The translations under genes were made by a program, and so were the position numbers. From the NCBI RefSeq assembly GCF_000485595.1, contig NW_014577073.1, positions 606,816 through 628,417 on the forward strand: a stretch of 21,602 nucleotides of DNA, given 5' to 3'. Shown here in pieces: positions 1-11,900 of the stretch; the first letter of the stretch is position 1, and every line of letters begins with the position of its first letter. The DNA comes from Priapulus caudatus. Its lineage: Eukaryota. The notes beneath the pieces were generated by a model that was not told where the DNA came from, did not search any database, and was given only the letters and a program-made list of their open reading frames with translations.

Positions 1-82
1 AATCGTATTCGCGATGGAAACGCCGATACAGGAGATCCCGCGCGAATCGAGAAATCGCCACGGCGACGGAGGAGACACTCAC

Positions 83-253
83 GCCCTGGTTGCTGAGCAG
101 CTTCATGAGACTGACTAGCTGGTCGAAGTGGTCCTCCTGCAGCAGCAGCAGCATCGGGAGACGGTCACGAGACGGCAGACTCAGCTGTGAGCCGGGACTC
201 AGGCCCTCGCGCTTACGCTGCGGCCGCGTCGCCCCGACCGACACGAAGATCAG
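83..253 (-). CDS. USP34: USP34 exon (LIFVSVGATRPQRKREG...LPMLLLLQEDHFDQLVSLMKLLSNQG)
   Basis: Acceptor gttacag, donor GGC|GTGAGT, 171 nt; resembles human MVFVSLGAPRRERKGEG...IPMLLLLQEPHL. Confidence 0.93.
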
Positions 254-3200
254 CTGTAACGAACAGACAGACAGACAAACGATCACTCACGCTTCTACGA
301 TTAGCGTCCTGATGAAATCAGCATCTAATGCATATATCCATGCAGGCTGTACATTCCTTTAATAAAGGATATAAATTATTACAAAAGATCAAAAGATTAC
401 ATAAATTTAATGTATCCCTCTAAACGTCATGTTATAGACATCTAGTAGATTGTTTCAGAAACACGCACGCACACATGCACGCACGCACACATATATATTA
501 TTCACTTCACAATCGATATAATAAGCAGGGAAACAAGCTGCATGTACCTCGAGAACGTGAATAGCAGAACGAAATAATACAAACGTGTGCAACCTATCAC
601 ATCAAACTAAAATCGGACATTACACAATAAACTTGCGCCCACCTGATACTGGCGACCCACCCCCGGCTCTCTAAATGAAAGCCTTGCCCCGGTGACCCTC
701 CAACTTGTCGCTGTGCTCTAAAATTTCGATACTAAACCGAACGCAACACTGCCCTCTCCCTGCCCCCCCCCCCAAATATAAAACTGCGATGTCCGCTTGG
801 CACGCCACCTGGTTGTCCTTGAACTGCATCTCGTGGAGGCTCTTCTCGTCGAGGTCAGGGGTCAACTCCTGACCCTGCGTGATCATGCGCACGGGTCCGT
901 CGGCTAACATAGCACCGAGGATTGGCGTCAGCAGCATCGTCGTCGTTGTCGCCGTCGCCGCCGCCACAGCGCTGGTGCCGGCCGCGATGCTGCCGCGTGA
1001 CGTGGCGGCACCTGTCGGCGAGTACGGGCCTTTACACTGCTGCTGCTGCTGCTGCTGTTGCTGCTGCTTCTTCTGAAACTAGAATCCACACGAAGATGTG
1101 GTGAGGGCGTGCAATAATTGTAAAGCGAGATATTAAAATGTTATTTACCTGTAACCTGTTATTACCTCCGCCAGGGGCTTGGCGGAGGTTATGTTTTCAC
1201 CGGCGTGTGTTTGAGTGTTGGTTTGTGGGTTTGTTAACATGCACGTTTCAGTTCACTTCCGCTAGGTGCGCTGGCTGTAGACTTACAAACACGCAACCAC
1301 AGGCTAAGGGGCAACCACAGTCCTCCCCCACCTGCACGCTCGCACTAATCCGGATCCAATTAATTATTTTATTTATTTATTTATTTATTTATTTTTCCAC
1401 TTAATTTATTAATTAATTAATAAAAAATTCACATTGAGAGAATTCAGCTGCCTTGGCAGAGGTCTGTGCTCTCCGAGTGCTCTAGTTGTAATTATATAAT
1501 GTATGCGACACCATCGTTGTCATGGTAACAAACATACCTGGCTCCACCACCTCGTGACCTCCGCACGTAGATCAGATATGAGATCACAGCTCATCAGATC
1601 CAGCGGCGTCTACGGCGAGGAAACGAAAAACTTCACGTCAACGTTCACGTGTTCGCAAACAGGGACTGAATTAATGCAGTGGCTACTGCCGATGTTAAGG
1701 GAGCTATCATCAGCGTGATCACTGTTGCTACCCTCACGTGCGTCTACCCACCAGCGGCTTGTTTAAAGAACGCACACGCACGTACACGCGCCGTTACGTT
1801 ATGTGCGTGTTATGTTACGCGCACGTACGTGCATGCATTGTGTTACACGCTACGTAAGCACACACGTTGCAAAGGATAATCTGCAGTTGAAAATGGACAC
1901 AGCATATCGGAAATCAGATAGTTGTTAGATGGGGATCTATAAAAGCCATACCGTACGGTTTCAGCAGTGATGTTTTAGCTAAAAGTAAACGATATTTCGT
2001 TTAACATACTCCCATCAAGTAGCGCTGAAAATAACATGTCTGTAAGTAAAGGGCGAGGAAAGCACGACAGTAGAAGTAGGGAGATTGCAAGCTTAATGAC
2101 AGCTCACCTTCTCTGTTGAACCCCCGGGCTGTAGCAGTAACCTAATCGGAACAGCATTCGTCTGCAGTATGCCCTTCTGATGGCTGCTGATACCGCAGCC
2201 ATCCATGCTCCATTCACGCAGCTGGTAGGCATACCTGAAGCATAAATACATGCCTGCTATCCAACATTCTCATTATATGTAAGAAGCACTATACAGAGAC
2301 CGCACATGCTATTTCATCACGTTTACCTTACAAACAGAATACAATAATAAAAACACCAGCTAACCATTACGTGAATTATTGTTCCATCAAGAATTATCTT
2401 ATTGAACAATTATCTATCTTTTATGTCCAATTATTTAGTGAAACTGACATTAGTCTGGAATGATACTAAACAATCAGCCCATCTTCACACATACTTTTTC
2501 CTGAACACCTCCAAGTGAGTCTTCAATAGTACCAGGCCTCTTTGAATGATAAGCAAACTAGGTTCAGGACACTGCAATAGATAGAGACAGTTTAAACATA
2601 GTAACATGCACTGCATGCAAACAATTTCATAACACAGTGTAAATTTCACTTACTTTGGGTAATCTGTGCAAGTGCAAATTGTGCAAGTTAACTAAAGAAA
2701 ACTACCTTTATTACTGCCAATTTGCTTACGATGTTATTGGCTACAGAAGAATACAGAAGACTAACCTTGTCGAGATTTGTGGATGCTTTCGTCAAGCTAG
2801 CTAGACAGCGATTTATGAATTCCTCTTCCTTTTCCAGTGAGCCTTGCCCAACTGTATGAAGCACACATTCCATAAGACAGACAACAGTTTCTCTTTATTG
2901 GCACTTATCACACTGTTACTTCACCGAAGAAACTGTTTCTGTGTGCACAACTATTGCGTACTCACCAAATAACGACACCAAAATGTGGCGAAACTGTGTC
3001 TTACTTTCACAACGCCGCGTACGACGATTGTACAGTTAGAATATGTCTAGATAAACTTTTCATTGCCACTCTTCACTATTACTTTCTATTACGACTCCAT
3101 CTCGCATGAATATTTCAACCTTATTACTTCACGTTAAAACGACAGTGGCACAACCATAGCACTAATAAACTTTTAGACTCTATGCATAGATGTCAGAGCG

Positions 3201-5965
3201 CACGTAGCATGTACCATTGATGTAGTAGGAGTTGAGGTACTGTATCGCGGTCATGCTAACATCGGTATTGTGTGCCCGCAGCGCGATCCCCCACAGCTGG
3301 CTCATGCCACTCGTGTCCGTCTCGCACGTGCTGCCCTCTGTTGTCGAGTCGGTCAACTGAGCGAGACTGCACAGTTGTTGGAACAGGTTCAAGCCGATCA
3401 TGGTCGTTTGCTCAGGCTGTAGGAGAGGCATCTGTAACAGGAGATCACGTTTGTGAGAGTCGACTCTCGCTCGCATGTTCACTACCTACACTGCAGACCA
3501 GACAGTGTCAACTATGGGTGTGAAGTAACAGGTTAGGTCAAGTAACAAGTTATCTAGCAGCCTAAATTGTGAAAAGAGAGACTAACTTAGTGGAACTAGG
3601 CCTGGTGGAGCCCACCCAGAAGCCTTTTATTCTTGGCACGTCAAGACAGCAGGCTACATTGAAGCCCAGCTAATAGGTTGGCTCGTAAAAGCATGTCATT
3701 AGCATTGTCTGCCAACGCTTAGCTCATTAACGACATCAATAAGTGAAAAGAGGAATCTAGTCCCATGCATATTGTTACTTACCTCGTTAATGATATTAAC
3801 AAGAGAAAACAGTGCATCCGATCGTCCCGCACACGTCGTTCACGCACCGCGTTAATTATATTAATGAGTGAATCGTCCCACACGCACAATTCACTCACCT
3901 TATTGATGAATATGTGCTTGAACAGCTCGAGCCCGATCGCGTGCTGCTCCTTGTTGCGGCCCTGGTTGAGCAGCCAGCTGAGCAGCTCATCGGAACACTC
4001 CGGGTCCTCCGCAAGGCACGCCCACAGCGTGTCCACCTGATCCTGGTTGAGCTCTGCGGACGAGACGAGAAGCGACCGCATCACGCTCACGTCGTCGCAC
4101 CGACACTCGCACGTGCGGCGACGACGGTGACCGATCGCGCCGTAAATCCACGTTTAGCAGCGTTGCGGCATGTTCGGGCGATTACGGACAAAAAGGAATA
4201 TCGGCGGAGAGCCTAGTATTGTTGGAAGCGGGCAATGTGAATATTAAGAACTAATCTGGGAACATTTGTAGCATCAAACAGTTGAACAAGGCACTTGGCA
4301 GATTCACACGCTGTCTGTCAAACTACCGAGCCCATGCCCCCCCCCAACATGTCGACCCGGGGGCCCTGTTGTCAGAAATATCATAAATAGTTGCGACCTT
4401 AAAAATCTAAAATGTCATAACTTTTGCACAACACTTCACCTCAAATGTCATGACACTTTAGACTAACGATGGTCGCGGCAATTCACGCCATTTCGGACAA
4501 CGGGCCCTCGAACGGAAACACTCAAGCATACGGTCCGCACTGCACGCGTGAGGGAACCAACAAGGATCGACTCTCCTACGAGCTGCTGCCACGGTAACGA
4601 CGCAGTACTTACTGAAGCTGTCTGGCGAGCCGAGCGTGGAGAAAATGTGTGTGAGAAACTGCAGCCGCACCTGCACCTGTACGACGTGTGGATACCTGCC
4701 GAAACACGCAGACGCACTCAGAACAACAATCGCTTCCTCGCCGATACACACGTCGAAAATACAACGAACAGAGAACAAATCATCGAGTGACAAACCCGTT
4801 ACTTTTTCATGACTAATTTTTACGTCAAATCAAATGACGCTTTTACGACAATTTTTCCCCATGCTTGGGAGTGTCTGTAGTTTAATTAGCAATGCATACA
4901 AACACACGGATACACACATGATGCTAAACATGTATTAGTCATTCCTACACTTAATATACCTAGCGTACTGATTTCAACTGTGTTTTCATGGCATACTACA
5001 TACAGTGTAAAGTCGGCAGTGCCTGATCGCACATTCTCTATGCACGTGACTAGATTGTTGAAAAAATGCTGCATCATCTTGTGCTCTCTTTCGGCCCACC
5101 TAAAATAACCAATAAAAAATATACAGTATACATATAATATTCATAACAATTTGATAAATTTTAATAGGATAACAATAATTATTCTTGTACCCAAATAAAA
5201 GATTGTCCAAACTGATCAAAACTGATCCCAATACCATTATCTAACATGTGTTTTTTTCCCTTACAATTGTGCACTGGTGCAAGTCAACAAAATGTCACAC
5301 ATCCAATACAAAATCATGAAATTAACCATTTTATAAGCATATTGTATTCTCCAGGTTTTAGTGAAATGCTAATATAGAACTTCACTACAAACAGTGTTGC
5401 ACACGAAACTCACATTACTACGGAATGAGTGTCAATTCCTGTTCGATACGGCTGGAAGGAAGCAAACAGCTTCGGTAGAATCCTCAGTGATATCACAACA
5501 GACCTAGTGAAAAAGATATGCGAAGCCATTAAACACACACCAATACACTGATATTAAGATATGCAAACTGATGTGCAAGCACATGCACGCACACTTAATA
5601 CGCGTTGTACCTTAAAGCCGCAATATGCACATCCAAACGCTAATTTCTCCAGTACTAGACTAGCAAATACTTCGTGTCATGCATAATCACACTACCTTAT
5701 GACAAAATAAACTCTAGTTCCTCCCATTTCACTGCGCGTTTGCTTAAAACCCACAAGAAAGAGGTGCGAAATCTGGCATTCTGGCGCCAACGCCGAATTC
5801 TTTGCCAAACAATTTAGCCACGAAGCTGTTAGGTGACGTCACANNNNNNNNNNNNNNNNNNNNNNNNNNNNNNNNNNNNNNNNNNNNNNNNNNNNNNNNN
5901 NNNNNNNNNNNNNNNNNNNNNNNNNNNNNNNATAACAACAACAACAAATAACAACAACAACAAAT

Positions 5966-5999
<34 letters not shown>

Positions 6000-8900
6000 C
6001 CATCACCATGACCACGGACGGGTGCTTACGCGTCGGCTGCCGGTGCGGCCGCTGGTAGAGCGACACCACGCTGGCGAGATGCTGCATGTGGCACGCGTCA
6101 TACGCGGCGGCGGCGGCCGCGTCGCCCCGCAGGTCTGTCAGCTCCGCCGCCGCCGCCGCCGCCGCCGCCGCCATCTCATCGTCAACGCCCGACGCCGCCT
6201 CCTCTCCATCAAAGTCGGCCATGTTCTTGTCAGACTTGATGCTGGCGCGGGAGCTTGCACAGCTGCCGTCGTCCGCGCTGAGAATGTCTCGCATCCCGCC
6301 ACCGCTGCAAGTATACCGCACGTCGTCACCGATTACACATCAATTATTGATCTATCGAGATCGATTAAACCGGCGGCATTAACTGATAACGTGGCGAATA
6401 GACTCTGTCGGCGTGGTGGCGCATAAGCCGTGTGCCGCTAGTGTTCTAGTCTGTATGTTACGGTGACCCAAAATTCGGTCATCAGGCGATTTACGCCGGG
6501 TTGCTAAAGGTTGCAGACTTATTTATAACACTGCTTTATACATTATTTTTGATAGTTTGAACCTTCATTTATATTCCAGCAGTAGCCATACTGGAGGGAA
6601 GGAAGCCAAGTTAGCCTCATGCTCAGTGTTTGGGTTGCAATTAAGACATCACTGTATTAATTTATAGTGTGATGACAAGCCCAGATCATCGAGTGAGCAT
6701 TTTCAGAGATCTTTGCAAATTTCGTATGTGTACAAAACCGAACGGTACAATCGTATAGCTAGTAAAAAGGCAAATAATTAAGAGTGTATTGAAACAAAAC
6801 GCACATACACATGCACACAGGCATGCACACACACACGCACAGGTACACTCACACACACACGCACGCACACACACTCACGCACACACACGCACACATACGC
6901 ACTCACATGTGCACGCACACACACTCACACGCACGCACGCACGCACGCACGCACGCACCTCTGATGCTGTAGCCTCTCCGCAGCCTCCATCTCAGCGAGG
7001 ATGTTTAGCCGCGCCCTGCAGTCGTACACCTCCTCCTCCACCTCCTCCTCCTCGCGTCGCGTCACCGCGCATCCTCCCTCATCCTTGCTCTCCTGCGAGC
7101 CCTCCCCGCGAGATCTCTCCACGCCCGCCGGCTTCTCCGCAGCGTCTGCAGCCGTGGGAGGACCTGCCTCCTCAAGCCGCGCGGCAACGACACCCCCTGG
7201 TGGTGGGGGCATCTCCGTCGCCGCTGCGTCGCTCCCCTCCTTGCCGCCAGGGGCCGCCAACGCTCGCTTCGGCGACGTGTTCACCGTGATGACGGGCGTG
7301 CTGATGCCGATGGTAGCGCCCTCTTTTGCAGGAACGTGCGCCGGCGACGGCGGCGGAGCGAGTGCGTCCGACTGCACGATGTCGTCGTCGGCCGCATCCT
7401 TGTTGCCTCGCTGGTCGCGCGCTCGCTTGTGCGCCCGCTTCCGCGTCTTTCTCGTCGACGCACCCTCTGCGCTCGCGTCGCTGCGACCTGTTGTGGCAGA
7501 CGAGTGATAACGCAAACACATCGTAACGACGAAGACGTGCAAGTAACAATGCATGCAAGTAACGATACGTGGAAGTAACAGATAGACAGACATTATGCAG
7601 CAATATTTGGCACTTGAAAATAAAGGTCTTTAGATGTTCTTTTGTTAAAAAGTACATGTTATTATCTGAGTCTTGCACTTATGCAATGGTTTTAGCATAA
7701 AAGGTGAAAATGTCTTGCAAAAGTGCAGTTGTAATGACAGCAATGTGCATTAGCGCACGCAAGTAAGCAGCTATGCTTGTATCGCCATCGCCCCATCCTC
7801 GTATGAATGCTGACTCGCGTGTACTAGTGTGTTTAACGTGCCACCCTGGCAATTAATCCAAATTCCCAAATAGTGGATGGATAATGAAATCGCCCAAGCA
7901 CAGGTGAACATTTATCGCAAAACTCTAGCAGAATCTAGCGTGATATCAGTGTATGTAAGCAATGCGACTAACATGCCCCCCTGACCCGCCTTCCGTCTGA
8001 TCGCACGTCAACCGCCTGCATTCGCTAATGACAATGATCCGCCCCCTGGCGGCGACGTACCGGAGTCGCTGTCGTCGCTGTCGTCCTTGCCGCGACGCCT
8101 GCGCTTGTGTGCGGCGCGGCGGCCCCGCGCCGGACTCTCGCCGCCGCTGCCGCTCTCCGCGTCGACGGACGAGGCTGAGCCGGAGCGCACCGAGGAGGAG
8201 GTGCGCCTCCTGCACGGCGGCGCCAGGGGAGAAGCCTCCTCGTACTCCTCGCTCATCGACTCCTCCTCCTCCTCTTCTTCCTCCTCCTCCTCTTCCTCCT
8301 CGTCCTCGCTGAGCTCTTCCTCCTTAGACCGGCGAAAAACATGCGAGCGGTTCACATGAGCTGGAGTGATCGGTGAGTGGTGAGTGGTTCACATGAGCTG
8401 GAGTGATCGGTGAGTGGTGAGTGGTTCACATGAGCTGGAGTGATCGGTGAGTGGTGAGTGGTTCACATGAGCTGGAGTGATCGGTGAGTGGTGAGTGGTT
8501 CACATGAGCTGGAGTGATCGGTGAGTGGTGAGTGGTTCACATGAGCTGGAGTGATCGGTGAGTGGCGAGTGGTTAACATGAGNNNNNNNNNNNNNNNNNN
8601 NNNNNNNNNNNNNNNNNNNNNNNNNNNNNNNNNNNNNNNNNNNNNNNNNNNNNNNNNNNNNNNNNNNNNNNNNNNNNNNNNNNNNNNNNNNNNNNNNNNN
8701 NNNNNNNNNNNGAATGAATGAATGAATGAAGAAATGAATGAATGAATAAAAAAATAAATGAATGAATGAATGAATGAAGAAATGAATGAAGAAATGAATG
8801 AATGAATAAATAAATGAATAAATGAAAAAATAAATGAATAAATGAATGAATTAATGTACGGAGTCGTCATGGAGATAACGCTAAGACAAATCTACACTAG

Positions 8901-11900
8901 TTAGCGAGAGCTGGTGAAGGCTAACCCTGTGCTGCATGAGTATGTGTGTAGTCTCCTCATCACTGTGACCGGCATGTGCGCTGATGCTGTTGTCACTGCT
9001 ACTGCTGCTGCTGCTGCTGCTGCTCGAGCACTCATCGTCCAACCTGCTCTCACCTGCAAGGCAACACGGCAACACATTATAGAGTCGTTGTCATGGAAAC
9101 CAACGGTATAACCTCTGTGCAATGCAAATTGCTGTTTTATCGAGAATTTAATTCGTTTTGCACACACTTACGGAAATAAAAGCAACACCGATATCTGCGC
9201 CTCAACAAAGTGCATATGTGAACAAAATGTTATGCTCGTACCAAGGGGTGTCTAAAGCTAATCAAATAGCGAAAGATTGCAATGACTCCATTACAATTCG
9301 TCCTGCCTCCCTCTTTAGTTCCTGATTTAACAATATTTTGCGAGAGATTTCATCAAGCCATCACTAGATAAATGTTCTACCTGCCAGCTTGCTGGGTGTA
9401 TGCACACTGGATCCTGTTGCCCACATAAATTTGATGATGGCCGATGCTAAGTAAAGTGTCTGCAATAAACGTTTACACATGTTTAGATGACAAGTATAAT
9501 GTATTAAACGCAGCTGCCAGATTACATAAATGCACGAAACTACAAAGCTGGCATGGTCACACGTGTATTCTTAGACAGCTGGTTTTAAACTTACCCGGAA
9601 TCTTTCAAACTGTTTTGTATATTTCAAGTGCATGACTTGCACAAGAGACTGCTGTAACCAAATGCTGTGCAACACGACTTTAACAATGCAAAGTTTAACT
9701 TTTCCTGATGACGTTACTGCTGGGTAGCCAACCCCTTACCAACAACCACTCACACCACCGTACCCCACCGAGTGCCTTGCCTGCCACCTGCCAGCAGATG
9801 ACATACAGTGTGTTTACCTGCCAGCAGATGACATACAGTGTGTTTACCTGCCAGCAGATGACATACAGTGTGTTTACCTGCTCGGTGTGGGCGGACAGAT
9901 CTAGCTCCTGCAGCAGTGTGTAGAGATGCTGCACACAAGCCGGCTCCAAGTTCTTAATCAGCGACGGCAGCACGTCGTGCACCTGACGTCCGCAGTGCTT
10001 CAACTGCAACAAGAGAACGTCACTGTGCGTAGCCGTCGGCCATCCGAATGCACTGTCTGCAGATCGAACGTGCTGTCTACCTGCTTCTTCCCCTTTAATC
10101 AGCTAACACATGTCAACCAGTGCATCAGTAGGGCCAAACACCTACATCTTCTACATCGAATGAATTACGCTGATTAAACGCATATTTTTAATTGTTTTTG
10201 CATGGCCACTAGAAATTTTTTTTTTATATATTTTTAAACAGCTAAATATTGCTCCACTATAATTCATTATTGTTATACATTAATGCAGTTCACATGATTA
10301 TTACATACAGCCACCCTCTGACACCCCATCAACTGCAGTACTCGATGACATACCCATGTCTACTGGCTTTACACAATGCCCATCCATCACCTGCAAGATT
10401 CGCTCCCTTATCTGCATCTGTTAGTGGAGGCGTTCAAGTCTCGAGATCCGAACACAGCCCACACTCGGTTCCCCTCTGAGAGGCGCGTGGTTTGTGAATC
10501 CATACAGCCCACACTTGTTTCCCCTCTGAGAGGCGCGCGGTTTGTGAATCCATACAGCCCACACTCGTTTCCCCTCTGAGAGGTGCACGGTTTGTGAATC
10601 CATACAGCCCACACTTGTTTCCCCTCTGAGAGGCACGCGGTTTGTGAATCCATACAGCTCACACTTGTTTCCCCTCTGAGAGGTGCGCGGTTTGTGAATC
10701 CATACAGCCCACACTTGTTTCCCCTCTGAGAGGCGCGCGGTTTGTGAATCCATACAGCCCACACTCGTTTCCCCTCTGAGAGGCGCGCGATTTGTGAATC
10801 CATACAGCCCACACTTGTTTCCCCTCTGAGAGGCGCACGGTTTGTGAACCACTACAGCTGTGTCGAGTGTCTTACCTGCGCGGCGGCCCAAACACAGTAG
10901 ATGTGCTCCGGCGTGATGCGACCTTCAACAGCAAGGAAGTTCAACACGGCGTGGCTCTGCTTGATCAACTGCAAAGACAAGGAGACAAGCAATGGAAATA
11001 CAAGTATGAATGTATCGGTGACGTCGTCAAAATGTGACGAAGAAGTGAGAGTACGGTAATAAAATGCTCGAGTACAGTTCGTTCAGTCCATGAACAAAAT
11101 TCGTCAAGGTAAAAGGTTATTTTAGTATTTGTTTAACAAATGCTTCCAGTATGAACGTATCGGTGATGTTATCAAAATCATACGAAAAAGTGAGAGTACA
11201 GTGGTAATACAATGTGTGAGTAACACTTTGTTTAGTACATAAACAATATTTGTCAAGGGAAAAGGTCATTTTAGCATTCATTAAAGAAATGCTTCCAATG
11301 GCTCCACCTTGGACATAGATGAGTGAAAGTATGTGTGCATGCATATGCTTATACACATGCATGTCAGTCCGTGTGCGTGCGTGCGTGCGTGCGTGCATGC
11401 ATGTGTGTTAGAGGTGAAAAAGTGGTTAGCCCCCTTTTGCTATGTCCGAATTATGTAATAAAATAATTCTGATAAGAATAAATACAATAAATGTATAGAA
11501 AGACATAAAATAGATACCTCGACGTGTAGATTTGGTCCAAAAAGATGTTCAATAATCTTGTTCTGTAGCAGCCACTGTGCAAGAGCATCTGCAGCTCTTG
11601 CTATGTGTAGATGTTGCTTGCCGGCATACCTGTTTAGAATTAAATGTTACACAGTGATGCATACATGTGAGAAATGCAGCTTTTATTGAGGGGATCTATA
11701 TCCATATAACATTAGTAAACAGTACACAACCTCTCAATATGCCATACCGTTGTATAATATATACTCAATATGTCATATTCGTTATTTTCAAGTCAAGAAA
11801 TTTATTATTTTTAATTCTCAAGTTTTCTTGCATAAAAGATGACCGACACTGACTACATGTTAAACCAATAAGACAACTGACATCGGGTTAGTGTTACACT

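Noticed and set aside
4285..4562. Second HINE-like element on the minus strand
   Set aside because: An imperfect terminal hairpin is visible near 4531-4558, but I could not find a matching sub-terminal repeat at the other end.
6022..8359. Long plus-strand and alternative-frame ORFs overlapping exons 14-16 (likewise 13986-14514)
   Set aside because: Stop-poor shadows of GC-rich low-complexity USP34 exons with no recognisable domains.
10454..10858. CRISPR array (regular period, palindromic core)
   Set aside because: No unique spacers, the whole 50-bp unit repeats, there are no cas genes, and it lies in a eukaryotic intron.
10408..10891. Repeat-protein ORFs (134 and 156 aa)
   Set aside because: Translations of the minisatellite inside a well-defined intron.
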